From IMG/VR virus record IMGVR_UViG_3300005533_000009, positions 1-64,000 of that record: a stretch of 64,000 bases of DNA; one strand, given 5' to 3'. Each line of letters opens with the position of its first letter. Within the stretch, counting starts at the first letter, position 1. Positions 36,707 to 46,898 of the stretch are shown here, piece by piece. The position numbers and the translations under genes are program-made. The notes under the pieces are model-generated. The model was not told the origin of the DNA, did no database searches, and saw only the letters and a list, made by a program, of their open reading frames with translations. The DNA is from a virus.

Positions 36707-37395
36707 TGACACACAAAATTTTAATAGCAATAGTTACTTGTAACGGTAGAGAAGATTGGGTAGAAGTAATTAGAAATACATGGATGCCCTTGGTAAAAGG
36801 AGCCGATGTACGGTTCTTTAAAGGTACAGAAGATTTGCACACTACAGAAGATAACTTTAGTGTGCAACTTAACTGTAGAGACGATTATCAAGGGCTTCCA
36901 AATAAAGTTCAAGAAATTGTCAAATGGGCATTAAATCATGAATATGATTATATGCTTAAGTGTGACGATGACGTGGTTATAAACCCTTGTAAGATACTTC
37001 GCTCGGGGTTCGAACAATACGATTTTGTTGGACACGAATGTGCGCCTAATAATCAGACCCCATGGGGATTCAATTATTGGCTGTCAAAAAAGGCTATGAA
37101 AATAGTGGCCGATGATATTCTCCCCAGCGATAATAACGATGAAGCTTGGGTATCCAGAGCGATGAATCGTAATGGTATACTACTAAAACACGATGACCGC
37201 TACATGCTGCATTACGGCAGAAACTTAGGAATAATGCCAGAGCGTAGATCGCTCAGAAAGCCTGTAGAAATGCCTAAGTATGAATCAGAAATATTTTCTT
37301 GGTGTATGCATAATCACAATGTAGACAGAAAGATACTGATTCAAGAGTTTATTAGGGTGTATGAACGAGAGGTTAAGACTCAGTGCCAAAGATAA
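36706..37395 (+). CDS. Fringe/GT31-like glycosyltransferase
   Basis: IRNTW, DDYQGLPNKV, YDYMLKCDDD (DxD), GFNYWLS. Confidence 0.75.
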   Translation: MTHKILIAIVTCNGREDWVEVIRNTWMPLVKGADVRFFKGTEDLHTTEDNFSVQLNCRDDYQGLPNKVQEIVKWALNHEYDYMLKCDDDVVINPCKILRSGFEQYDFVGHECAPNNQTPWGFNYWLSKKAMKIVADDILPSDNNDEAWVSRAMNRNGILLKHDDRYMLHYGRNLGIMPERRSLRKPVEMPKYESEIFSWCMHNHNVDRKILIQEFIRVYEREVKTQCQR

Positions 37396-37922
37396 AAACA
37401 TTTTATACTTATATGTGGCTTAGAGAAGACGGAACTCCTTACTATGTAGGTAAAGGCAGTTATAAAAAGAGAGCCTTTGAAAGACACAAGGTTGGCAATA
37501 GAATACAATATGCTCCTCCAAAAGATCGTGTTCTTATTCAAGAATTTCCTACCGAACCTGATGCTTTTGAAGCAGAAAAGTTTTTGATTTTTTACTATGG
37601 TAGAAAAGATTTAGGGACAGGAATTCTTAGAAATCAAACAGATGGAGGAGAAGGAAATACAGGTACTTCTGAAGGACATAGAAAACAGGCAGAAGCTTTA
37701 AGGGGCAGAATATTTTCGGAAGAACATAGACGTAAGATAAGTGAATCCAAAAAAGGTAATAAAGCTCGTTTAGGTATAAGAAGGACGCATTGCAAAAGAG
37801 GTCATGAATTAGTTGAAAGTAATGTTTACTTGACTCCCAAAGGCAATAGAGAATGCAAAGTTTGTAAGTCTTTTATAGCTAAGGAATATTATAAAAGGAA
37901 AAAGACAAATGCAGCATCCTAA
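37383..37922 (+). CDS. GIY-YIG endonuclease with NUMOD3 and a THCKRGH domain
   Basis: FYTYMWLREDGTPYYVGKG, NQTDGGEG, SEEHRRKIS. Confidence 0.85.
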   Translation: MPKIKTFYTYMWLREDGTPYYVGKGSYKKRAFERHKVGNRIQYAPPKDRVLIQEFPTEPDAFEAEKFLIFYYGRKDLGTGILRNQTDGGEGNTGTSEGHRKQAEALRGRIFSEEHRRKISESKKGNKARLGIRRTHCKRGHELVESNVYLTPKGNRECKVCKSFIAKEYYKRKKTNAAS

Positions 37923-38868
37923 ATGTTATACATCTAGTGCCATAGGTGATGCACCTGATTTAAATAAAAATTTTATGAAAAGAGAAGAATCTGTAAGTAT
38001 ATATTGGGATGACGCCATTTTAAATCCCGAATATAACGATGATTCTTATTTTAAAGTTGTGCATCAGTGTGAGCCGCCAGAAACCTTAAACATAATAGAC
38101 AAGTTGATTGCTAATCACCGATTCTACGACCTTATAATGGCATGGGATGAACGAGTACTAAGAGAGTGCCCTAATGCTGTATTCCTTACTGAATCCGCAT
38201 GTAGTTGGCTACCTCGCAAATGGGACACAGTTGATCCATTCGGTGTGATGAATTGGGACGGTATAAAGCATAAAAATCCCGTAGAAATGAACTATGTACC
38301 TTGTGACGTGACCAAGAAAGAGTTTGCGGTTTCATTTCTTACCAGTTCTAAAAACTTTTTTCCCGGCCACAGACTTAGACAGGAAATCTATGAAGTATTG
38401 CCCGAATCTATTGGTGATCTTAGAGTATTTAAGCATCGCTCTCCTCCTATCATTCCTGATAAGAGGGCTGTTTTAGAACCATACATGTTCAGTATAGTAC
38501 CGGAGAATTCAAGACACAATGGATATTACTCAGAAAAAATCATTGATTGCTTCATCGCCAAAACCGTCCCTATCTACTGGGGAGCCCCAGATATCGGAGT
38601 ACATTTTGACGAAAATGGAATCATTACCTTCTCTACTACAGAAGGATTGCACAGGATACTATCCACGCTTACTAGAACATCATATGATTCATTACTATTG
38701 GCTATACAAAATAACTATGAACTTGCTTTAAAGGGCGTACACCAGTGGGACTTAATTGAGAACTACATAACTGCTGGGATTGAAAAGAAACGAACACAAG
38801 GTTCTGCGAGGGTTGAGTCTGTGCCTGCCGAAAAGAGCTTGATATACAGACCATTAAGAAAACAATGA
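37909..38868 (+). CDS. GT10 alpha-1,3-fucosyltransferase-like protein
   Basis: YMFSIVPENS..GYYSEKIIDCF...VPIYWG is the GT10 donor-binding motif. Confidence 0.8.
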   Translation: MQHPKCYTSSAIGDAPDLNKNFMKREESVSIYWDDAILNPEYNDDSYFKVVHQCEPPETLNIIDKLIANHRFYDLIMAWDERVLRECPNAVFLTESACSWLPRKWDTVDPFGVMNWDGIKHKNPVEMNYVPCDVTKKEFAVSFLTSSKNFFPGHRLRQEIYEVLPESIGDLRVFKHRSPPIIPDKRAVLEPYMFSIVPENSRHNGYYSEKIIDCFIAKTVPIYWGAPDIGVHFDENGIITFSTTEGLHRILSTLTRTSYDSLLLAIQNNYELALKGVHQWDLIENYITAGIEKKRTQGSARVESVPAEKSLIYRPLRKQ

Positions 38869-39611
38869 CTCCTAGAGACACTACTATTGTGGTACTCAGT
38901 AAATATCCTACAATACTAGAACAGTTTGTAAAATACAAAGACCTCTATGCTAAAGACACTCGCTGTGTGCTGGTAGTAGATGGTGGAAGCATATTAAAAG
39001 AACATATCCCCTATGATTGGCATGTAGTGTACGGCCCACAAAAGTTTAGCATGGCTGGAAACGCTACGATGGGCTGGATGAATGTGCCCTACACCAATGA
39101 CATATTGTATATGGGAGATGATGTACTGTTCCAGCAGCCTAACACAGTCGAAGAGCTAAGAAGGCTGGCATATTCTGATCCTAAGATAGGAATGCTTTCC
39201 CCAAGAATAATTGGAGGGGCAGACAATCCTTTACAAAAGCAAGAGTCTGATAAAGAACTAATTTACTCTAACCGATACCTCGCTTTAGTATGCACTTTCA
39301 TAAAGCGTGAAGTGGTCGATAAGGTAGGGTATCTGGACGATAAGACATTTGTTGGATACGGCTGGGAAGATTGTGATTACTCTAGAAGAGTAGTTAATGC
39401 TGGTTACAAACTGGCCGTAGCGCCCCAACTGTATGTTCAACATGGAGTGTTTAGAGTTCAAAACCCAGAGACGGGTGAGGGAGTTACGGGTAGGGGAACT
39501 GAAACCTTTATGCGTAATGAGAATTGGGAATACGATAAGATTCAGGAACAAACCGACGTTAATAAATGGGCTTACGAACATAAGTGGAAAGATACTAAGC
39601 AGGAGTTTTAA
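38865..39611 (+). CDS. GT2-family glycosyltransferase
   Basis: LVVDGG, YMGDDV, GYLD..F.GYGWEDCDY..R. Confidence 0.8.
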   Translation: MTPRDTTIVVLSKYPTILEQFVKYKDLYAKDTRCVLVVDGGSILKEHIPYDWHVVYGPQKFSMAGNATMGWMNVPYTNDILYMGDDVLFQQPNTVEELRRLAYSDPKIGMLSPRIIGGADNPLQKQESDKELIYSNRYLALVCTFIKREVVDKVGYLDDKTFVGYGWEDCDYSRRVVNAGYKLAVAPQLYVQHGVFRVQNPETGEGVTGRGTETFMRNENWEYDKIQEQTDVNKWAYEHKWKDTKQEF

Positions 39612-40270
39612 TGCGAGTGTTATCTGGTGTACTTATATTTGCAATACCTGATCTTACTAGAATTTGTTTAAGATCATTAATAAGTACACCAACGGATGTA
39701 CTTGTGGTAGATAATTGCGCTCCTCAGGATGTAAAAGAGGAAGCTTACAGATACGGAGATAGAATCAAAGTCATAACTATGGCAGAGAATACGTACTGTA
39801 ACGGTGGCTGGAATGAAATCATGCAGTACGGATTAGAGCATGACTATGATCTTATAGGTCTAGGCTCTTCAGATGTTGAACTTCATCCCGGTTGGTACAA
39901 TCTGGTAATCAACAGGGCTACAGAGCATCCAGACGAAATTATTCTTCCGCGAGTAGGAGAACCTGTAAGTAACGCCGATATAAACAACGTTACTATAGCC
40001 TCTTCTACTCCGGGGTTTTTCACTTTCCTACCAAAACAGGCAGTAGCACAGGTTTACCCTATACCAAGAGGCTTAAGACATTGGTTTGGGGATGAATACA
40101 TGTTTACCATACTAAGACAGATTGGATGGAAGACAGTTATTCTCAATGATTTTACAGCCTATCACCAATGGTCTTCTAATACAGCCCAGAACCCAGAGGC
40201 TTATAGAGTGATAGAGCAGGATAAACTAGAATGGCAACGACTCAGAAATCAGCACTTATTACAAAGATAG
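39611..40270 (+). CDS. GT2-family glycosyltransferase
   Basis: VLVVDN, N.Y.NGGWN, SSDV, WFGD. Confidence 0.75.
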   Translation: MRVLSGVLIFAIPDLTRICLRSLISTPTDVLVVDNCAPQDVKEEAYRYGDRIKVITMAENTYCNGGWNEIMQYGLEHDYDLIGLGSSDVELHPGWYNLVINRATEHPDEIILPRVGEPVSNADINNVTIASSTPGFFTFLPKQAVAQVYPIPRGLRHWFGDEYMFTILRQIGWKTVILNDFTAYHQWSSNTAQNPEAYRVIEQDKLEWQRLRNQHLLQR

Positions 40271-40782
40271 ATAAAAAACCGGAAATACGTCAATTTACCA
40301 CAGCAGAAGCAGCTTGGTTAGCAGCGGTTATTGATGGAGAAGGAAGCTTTGGATTGTATAACTACGGGAAAGAAGGACGTAGAGTGATGATCCAAATGGG
40401 GAATACTAATAAAAGTTTTGTAGAAGAAATGCGAAGAGTTATAGGATGTGGTTCTTCTATACGTAGGGTATCTTTTGGTAAAAGTCATATTGGAAGAAAA
40501 CCTATGTATCATTATGTGTTGAAAGGCTCAGCAAGATGTTATTGGGTTTTATTTCAAATTGTTAGTTTTTTGATAATAAAAAAAGAAAAAGCCAAATCTA
40601 TATTGAACGAGTTAGAAACAAAGCCATTTGGCCGATGGGCGAATGCAACGCCAGAAGCAAGGAAAAAACAATCTGACAGACTTAAATTGCAGTGGAAAAA
40701 TCCAGCTATTAGAGCAAGACGTATGGCTGGCATAAAAAAGTCCATTGCCAGAAAAAAGAAGGCTAAAAATGGCAGAGCGTAA
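40231..40782 (+). CDS. Free-standing LAGLIDADG endonuclease
   Basis: [26 protein letters not shown]; overlaps both neighbours; no intron core seen. Confidence 0.85.
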   Translation: MATTQKSALITKIDKKPEIRQFTTAEAAWLAAVIDGEGSFGLYNYGKEGRRVMIQMGNTNKSFVEEMRRVIGCGSSIRRVSFGKSHIGRKPMYHYVLKGSARCYWVLFQIVSFLIIKKEKAKSILNELETKPFGRWANATPEARKKQSDRLKLQWKNPAIRARRMAGIKKSIARKKKAKNGRA

Positions 40783-41749
40783 AGTCGCCCTCGTTTCTGG
40801 AATCTCGGGCCAAGACGGATCATATTTGGCCGAATTACTTTTAGATAAAGGATATTCTGTACATGGAATTCTCAGACGATCTAGTAGCTTCAATACTGGC
40901 AGAATCGACCATATATTCGACAGATTACACCTCGTTTATGGTGATCTTACCGACTCTGGATCAATTGCAGAGATTGTTTCCTCAATTCGACCAACAGAAA
41001 TATACAATCTTGGTGCCCAATCTCATGTGCGCGTCAGTTTTGATGCACCCAGATACACAGCCGATGTGGATGCGATTGGAACCCTTAATTTATTGCAGGC
41101 TGTAAAGGCACATTCGCCCGAATCTAGAGTGTATCAGGCAAGTTCTAGTGAACTGTTTGGTATGCCGCTGGAAGTACCCCAAAGAGAAACAACCCCCTTT
41201 TACCCTCGTAGTCCTTACGGAGTGGCGAAGTTATTTGGTTATTGGACCGCAGTAAATTACAGAGAAAGTTACGGTATATTTGCCAGCAATGGCATATTGT
41301 TCAACCATGAATCGCCACGAAGAGGGGAAACCTTCGTATCCCGCAAGATCACTAAAGCTGTTGCTCGAATCCACCACGGATATGAGCACAGATTGCTACT
41401 TGGCAACCTCGACGCAAAGAGGGATTGGGGATACGCTAAAGAATACGTTGAATGTATGTGGAAGATGTTACAACATGAGAAACCAGACGATTTCGTGGTG
41501 GCTACTGGAGAAACCCACACGGTTAGAGACTTTGTTACTGAAGCTTTCGAGTATGTTGGTTTGGATTGGAGTTCCTTTGTTGGGATTGATCCTAAATATT
41601 ATCGTCCTGCCGAAGTGGATATACTACAAGGTGATGCTAGCAAAGCAAGAAATGCATTTGGATGGGAACCAAGAGTAAAGTTTAAAGAACTTGTCCGTCT
41701 GATGGTAGATCACGATATAAGGGAAGAATATGGCAGGACTCAGAGATAA
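40769..41749 (+). CDS. gmd: GDP-mannose 4,6-dehydratase
   Basis: [52 protein letters not shown]. Confidence 0.97.
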   Translation: MAERKVALVSGISGQDGSYLAELLLDKGYSVHGILRRSSSFNTGRIDHIFDRLHLVYGDLTDSGSIAEIVSSIRPTEIYNLGAQSHVRVSFDAPRYTADVDAIGTLNLLQAVKAHSPESRVYQASSSELFGMPLEVPQRETTPFYPRSPYGVAKLFGYWTAVNYRESYGIFASNGILFNHESPRRGETFVSRKITKAVARIHHGYEHRLLLGNLDAKRDWGYAKEYVECMWKMLQHEKPDDFVVATGETHTVRDFVTEAFEYVGLDWSSFVGIDPKYYRPAEVDILQGDASKARNAFGWEPRVKFKELVRLMVDHDIREEYGRTQR

Positions 41750-42677
41750 AAAAGTGCTTGTTACAGGTGGTTCAGGATTTCTAGGATCACATGTAGTGGA
41801 AGAGCTTTATAAAGCAGAATGCGGAGAAGTAATTCGTTCCAGTAGTCATTACTGTGATTTAGTAAAACCTAAAGAAGTAGATTTGTACCTAGGATGGTTA
41901 AAGCCTGATGTAATCATACATCTTGCAGCTACTTGTGGTGGTATTGGAGCTAATCAAGCTGAACCCGGAAGATTCTTTTATGAGAATTTGATGATGGGCG
42001 TTAACTTGATGGAAACTTCACGCAAGCTGGGAATAAGTAAGTTTGTGCAGGTAGGAACGGTTTGCTCTTACCCTAAGTTTTGCCCTACACCTTTTAAAGA
42101 AGAGGACTTGTGGAATGGTTATCCCGAGGAAACGAATGCGCCCTACGGCATTGCGAAGAAAGCATTGCTTACCATGGCGCAAGCCTACCGTCAACAATAC
42201 GGATTCAACGCCATCTACCTCATTCCGGTTAACCTATATGGGCCAAGAGATAATTTCGACCCACAAACGTCTCACGTAATTCCGGCTATGATAAAGAAAT
42301 GTGTTGATGCACGTAACGAAGGAAGAAACACAGTAGAAGTTTGGGGTACTGGTAAAGCTAGCCGAGAATTTCTATATGTAAGAGATGCGGCGGTTGGTAT
42401 AGTAAAAGCTACAGTGCAGTATGATAGACCAGAGCCTGTTAATCTTGGCACAGGAGAAATGACTCCTCTGAGCAATCTTTATCATATAATTGCTTCATTA
42501 GTAGGTTTTAACGGAACGTTTAATTATGTGGGTGGTCCTGATGGTCAACCGCAAAGACAATTAGACACTTCAAAAGCTCTAAGAGAATTTGAGTTTGAAG
42601 CATTTACTCCTCTATGGAAGGGTTTGGACGAAACTATAAAGTGGTATGAAGATACTTATATCAATAAGCTCGTGTGA
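41730..42677 (+). CDS. fcl: GDP-L-fucose synthase
   Basis: [50 protein letters not shown]. Confidence 0.95.
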   Translation: MAGLRDKKVLVTGGSGFLGSHVVEELYKAECGEVIRSSSHYCDLVKPKEVDLYLGWLKPDVIIHLAATCGGIGANQAEPGRFFYENLMMGVNLMETSRKLGISKFVQVGTVCSYPKFCPTPFKEEDLWNGYPEETNAPYGIAKKALLTMAQAYRQQYGFNAIYLIPVNLYGPRDNFDPQTSHVIPAMIKKCVDARNEGRNTVEVWGTGKASREFLYVRDAAVGIVKATVQYDRPEPVNLGTGEMTPLSNLYHIIASLVGFNGTFNYVGGPDGQPQRQLDTSKALREFEFEAFTPLWKGLDETIKWYEDTYINKLV

Positions 42678-43278
42678 AATATTTGAAAAATCAGGACTAA
42701 ATGATCCTTTGCGAGAAACTTGGTTACCTGATGCAGTTAAACTGGGCATGGATTATAAGTTCTTTCATGGAGCAGGCTCTACAGAAAAAGAAGATGTAGT
42801 TGTTCTGCCAGTAGATGATTCTTTAGGTGGATTGACCGAGAAGGCCAAAGCAAAGGCGAAATGGATGGTGGATAATGGCTATGATTATGCTTTTTCATGT
42901 TTCCCCGATACTTACGCTTGTGCTATTCGCCTCTATAATAGCGATTACGCTAAGTATGACTACTACGGTCGCATACATCAGCACGTTGGCGGTCCTCCGT
43001 ATTGCCAAGGCGGTCCCGGTTATTTTCTCAGTCGTAAAGCGTGCGAAAGAATTTATCAAAATCCGACTAGCTACTTAAATGATGACTGTTGGATTGGTGA
43101 CGTTTTAAATGTACCAGATATAAAAAGAGGACACTCAGACGACTTCACATATGTCGGTCCCGGCCCTCTAGTTGGGAACACTTCTATTACAAATCATCTT
43201 TCTACTCAGCCGGGAGGATTTACTCCCGAGGGGATGAGGGCAGAGCACCAAAGATGGCTAGGATCGTATGATTATTGA
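42646..43278 (+). CDS. Fringe/GT31-like glycosyltransferase
   Basis: LRETW, YKFF.G, GYDYAF..DTY, GGPGYFLS, DDCWIG. Confidence 0.65.
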   Translation: MKILISISSCEIFEKSGLNDPLRETWLPDAVKLGMDYKFFHGAGSTEKEDVVVLPVDDSLGGLTEKAKAKAKWMVDNGYDYAFSCFPDTYACAIRLYNSDYAKYDYYGRIHQHVGGPPYCQGGPGYFLSRKACERIYQNPTSYLNDDCWIGDVLNVPDIKRGHSDDFTYVGPGPLVGNTSITNHLSTQPGGFTPEGMRAEHQRWLGSYDY

Positions 43279-43813
43279 TGCTTTTTACACATATTTGTGG
43301 CTGAGAGAAGATGGTACTCCTTACTACGTAGGAAAAGGTAAGGGAAATAGGGCATACTGGCGCAGACCTTCAGAAAAACTACAGCCTCCCACCAAAGACC
43401 GTATCATTGTGCAGGAATGGCCTTCCGAAGAAGACGCATTTGCTGCCGAAAAGTTTTTGATTGAGTACTATGGAAGAAAAGACCAGAAACTAGGGTTATT
43501 GGTAAATTTCACTGACGGTGGAGACGGAGCTTCCGGTGCAGTTCGCACAGAAGAATTTAAAAAGAAATTAAGAGAAGCCAACGTAGGAAAACAGATACCT
43601 GAAGAAGCAAAAGAGAAAATGCGTCAGGCCAAGATTGGTATTAAACACACCGAAACTTGGAAAGAAAACCACCGTAAGATGATGATGGGTAGAAAACACT
43701 CTTCAGAGACTAGAAAAAAGATGTCCCAATGGCAAATTGGCAAAAAGCTTAGCGAAGAAACTAAGCAGAAAATAAGAGAGGCTGCATTACGCAGATTTAA
43801 TAATGGTAATTGA
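43268..43813 (+). CDS. GIY-YIG endonuclease with NUMOD3 repeats
   Basis: FYTYLWLREDGTPYYVGKG; HSSETRKKMS; SEETKQKI. Confidence 0.88.
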   Translation: MIIDAFYTYLWLREDGTPYYVGKGKGNRAYWRRPSEKLQPPTKDRIIVQEWPSEEDAFAAEKFLIEYYGRKDQKLGLLVNFTDGGDGASGAVRTEEFKKKLREANVGKQIPEEAKEKMRQAKIGIKHTETWKENHRKMMMGRKHSSETRKKMSQWQIGKKLSEETKQKIREAALRRFNNGN

Positions 43814-44708
43814 TGCCTTTCCTTTTTGTGACGAACTTGATATGTTAGAGCTTCGTTTGGGGCAGATGGATGAAGTTGTAGATCATTTTGTAATGATTGA
43901 AGTAGAACGAACCTATAAAGGTGATCCTAAGCCCCTTTATTACACTCAGAATAAAGAACGATTTGCTAAATGGAACCATAAGATTCATTGCATCACCCCT
44001 TATTTAGGAATGGCAGGGTCTTGGGAATTCGAGGTTATACAACGAAATGCACTCTTGGACACAATCAAAGCCCTTACCCCAGCCCTCGGGGACACCATTA
44101 CGTTTTCAGATTGCGATGAGATACCCAACCCAGACGTGGTTAGAGTTCATACACCCATATTGGGTCTTAGAAACCTCAGACAGTATACATACTGGTATAA
44201 CTATAACCGACTCTTCAACTATGGCGGCAGGGCTTGGTCAAGAGCTAGAATAGGCACTATAAAGGAAATGTATGAACGAGGGCCAATGCACTTCAGGGGT
44301 GGTCCGCAAGATGACTTGGACCCAAACTTCCCTTCAATTGATAATGGAGGATGGCATGGTACGTACTTTGGTTCTTCCATTGAGCGAATCAGAAGAAAAG
44401 TACATTCGTTCTCTCATGACGACCTTGTACCCTTCATTGACTCAAGAACAGACAAACAGATAGCAGAGGATATTCACAATGGGATTTGTATTTATCATTT
44501 GCAGGGAGTTCCACAAGCTGAAGTGGTGGATACAAATGATCCTGTTCGTGTTCCTCCGTATTTTAGACAGAATCTATCTCGTTTCGAGCTATTCACAGAT
44601 AATTTTTTTGTTAATAAGTATCGTCATTTATTTGATAATCCAGAAACAGGAAAAATCACTTCAGTTACAGAACCAGTAAAACCAAGACACTTTAGACCAT
44701 TAGGATAA
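43803..44708 (+). CDS. GT17 (GnT-III-like) glycosyltransferase
   Basis: DAFPF.DELDMLELRL, VDHFV.IE..T..G.PKPL, E..QRN, SDCDEIP, GGWH, FSH. Confidence 0.85.
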   Translation: MVIDAFPFCDELDMLELRLGQMDEVVDHFVMIEVERTYKGDPKPLYYTQNKERFAKWNHKIHCITPYLGMAGSWEFEVIQRNALLDTIKALTPALGDTITFSDCDEIPNPDVVRVHTPILGLRNLRQYTYWYNYNRLFNYGGRAWSRARIGTIKEMYERGPMHFRGGPQDDLDPNFPSIDNGGWHGTYFGSSIERIRRKVHSFSHDDLVPFIDSRTDKQIAEDIHNGICIYHLQGVPQAEVVDTNDPVRVPPYFRQNLSRFELFTDNFFVNKYRHLFDNPETGKITSVTEPVKPRHFRPLG

Positions 44709-44716
44709 CGACTCAG

Positions 44717-46039
44717 ATGTATGATGCTCAGAGAATCAATTTAATAAACTCCTTATCGGAAGACCTTTCGCCTTACGTTCCGTTTACCAAAGAATTTATA
44801 CCGGGACAAACCCAAGTATTGTACTCTGGGCCTTATTGGAATCAAAAAGAATTCCAGATGGCTATGCAAGCCCTGTTGATGGGTAAATGGATAACCTCTG
44901 GAGAATATGTAGCTCGATTCCAAAACGTATTTGCTCAGTATTTTGGAGTTAAATACGCTCACATGGTTAATTCAGGAAGTTCTGCTAACCTCGTAATGAT
45001 TGCAGCCCTGAAGAAGCATTTCAACTGGCAAGATGGAGATGAGGTCATTGTTTCTCCGGTAGGGTTCCCTACAACGATTGCTCCTTTGATGCAGCATGGG
45101 CTGAAGCCTGTATTTGCTGATATCGAGTTAAACACTCTCAACTTCAACTTAGATCAAGTAGAAGCCAAGATAACACCCAAAACAAAAGCCATTATAGTCT
45201 CCCCTGTATTGGGTAATCCGCCCGATATGGATAGACTAAAGAGTATGGCAGAATACCATGGCATAAAGCTAATTGGAGATAATTGTGACAGTATCGGAAC
45301 CAGATGGAATACACAGCATATTAACAAATACTATTTTTGCTGGTCATCATCTTTCTATCCCGCCCACCACATATCAACTGGAGAAGGTGGAATGGTCTGC
45401 TGTGACGATAAAAGGTTCATTGATGAAGTCAGAAGTATTTCATGGTGGGGACGTGATTGCTACTGCGTGGGTGCCGCTAACCTGTTATCCTGTGGAACCT
45501 GCGGAAAACGATTTGATAAATGGCTAGAGAATGAAGACGCTGTTATCGACCATAAGTACGTATTTACCAACGTTGGTTATAATTTAAAGCCTCTGGATTT
45601 GCAGGGGGCCATCGGTCTAGCTCAGATGGAAAAAATGCCAGATATTGAGCGTAGACGTAGAGAGTATAAGACTAAGATTTCACAATTTTTTGCTGCTGAT
45701 TTACCTGTTTCTACTTATGTTCGCATGGTAGAGACGTTACCACAAGCCGATCCTTGCTGGTTTGGTGTGCCTATATATTGCCACGAACAAGTAAGAAAAG
45801 AACGCTTTGTTGCTTTCCTAGAGGAAAACAAGATTCAGACCAGAAGTTATTTTGCTGGAAACATCTTAAAGCATCCGGCGTATAAACATCTAGACGACGC
45901 TGCTAAATATCCCAATGCGAATTTGGCGCTTACCAACGTGCTATTCATTGGGTGTGCTCCCCACTATACTCCAGAAATCATCAAGTATATCGGAGAGAAA
46001 GTTAAGATGTGGGCAGAGTTGGAGGCTAAACGTGGATGA
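44717..46039 (+). CDS. rfbH: RfbH/DdhC-type NDP-4-keto-6-deoxyhexose 3-dehydrase (DegT family)
   Basis: VNSGSSANL, FYPAHHISTGEGG (His in place of the Schiff-base Lys), WGRDCYC..CGTCGKRF Fe-S motif, DHKY. Confidence 0.85.
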   Translation: MYDAQRINLINSLSEDLSPYVPFTKEFIPGQTQVLYSGPYWNQKEFQMAMQALLMGKWITSGEYVARFQNVFAQYFGVKYAHMVNSGSSANLVMIAALKKHFNWQDGDEVIVSPVGFPTTIAPLMQHGLKPVFADIELNTLNFNLDQVEAKITPKTKAIIVSPVLGNPPDMDRLKSMAEYHGIKLIGDNCDSIGTRWNTQHINKYYFCWSSSFYPAHHISTGEGGMVCCDDKRFIDEVRSISWWGRDCYCVGAANLLSCGTCGKRFDKWLENEDAVIDHKYVFTNVGYNLKPLDLQGAIGLAQMEKMPDIERRRREYKTKISQFFAADLPVSTYVRMVETLPQADPCWFGVPIYCHEQVRKERFVAFLEENKIQTRSYFAGNILKHPAYKHLDDAAKYPNANLALTNVLFIGCAPHYTPEIIKYIGEKVKMWAELEAKRG

Positions 46040-46896
46040 CAAATCTAACAGTACTTGGTGGAAGAGGGTTTGTAGGTAGTACATATGTAAAAAAGTACTA
46101 TGATCAAGCCGTTGGAAACATAGTAAGTATAAACGAACGAAATGATTTGAACGTGTACAGCAAGGACGTGTTGTATTTCATTAGCACTGTTCATAACTAC
46201 AACGTTTTTGATAATCCAACATTAGACATAGAAACAAACCTTATAATACTTGTAAAAGTGCTGGAGAACTGGAGAAAGCACCCAGATTCAAAAGATGGTG
46301 TGTTTAACTTTATAAGTTCATGGTTTGTATATGGTAAGCAAGAACATCCCCATGGAGTGAAAGAGGACGCAATTTGCGACCCCAAAGGTTTTTACTCTAT
46401 AACCAAGCGTTGTGCTGAACAACTCCTAATATCTTACTGCTCTACTCACAATCTTAAGTACAGAATATTGAGATTAGGTAATGTGATTGGTGAGGGAGAC
46501 AAAAAAGTTTCGGCTAGAAAGAACGCTCTTCAATACATGGTTAATCATATATTAGAAGGTAAGCCTGTCGAAGTGTATGGAGACGGTCACTTTCATCGAG
46601 ACTTTATACACGTAGAAGACTGCGTAACCGCGATAGATTTAGTGATAAATAAAGGGAATGTAAACAGTATTTATAACATAGGAAATGGCAAGATGTGGGA
46701 TTTTATTACCATACTTTCCTACGTTAAAATCATGTCAAATTCTGGCAGTAAGATAGAGCACGTAGAACCAAAAGAATTTCATAAGGCTGTACAGATACCA
46801 AGCTTTTACATGGATGTGTCTAAGCTAAAAGCACTAGGTTTTGAACCAAAGTACAAGTATGCCAAACTGTACGCCACTTTACTCAGAGAGGATTAG
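46036..46896 (+). CDS. NAD-dependent sugar epimerase/dehydratase
   Basis: GGRGFVG, YSITK (YxxxK), RDFIHVED. Confidence 0.85.
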   Translation: MTNLTVLGGRGFVGSTYVKKYYDQAVGNIVSINERNDLNVYSKDVLYFISTVHNYNVFDNPTLDIETNLIILVKVLENWRKHPDSKDGVFNFISSWFVYGKQEHPHGVKEDAICDPKGFYSITKRCAEQLLISYCSTHNLKYRILRLGNVIGEGDKKVSARKNALQYMVNHILEGKPVEVYGDGHFHRDFIHVEDCVTAIDLVINKGNVNSIYNIGNGKMWDFITILSYVKIMSNSGSKIEHVEPKEFHKAVQIPSFYMDVSKLKALGFEPKYKYAKLYATLLRED

Positions 46897-46898
46897 CG

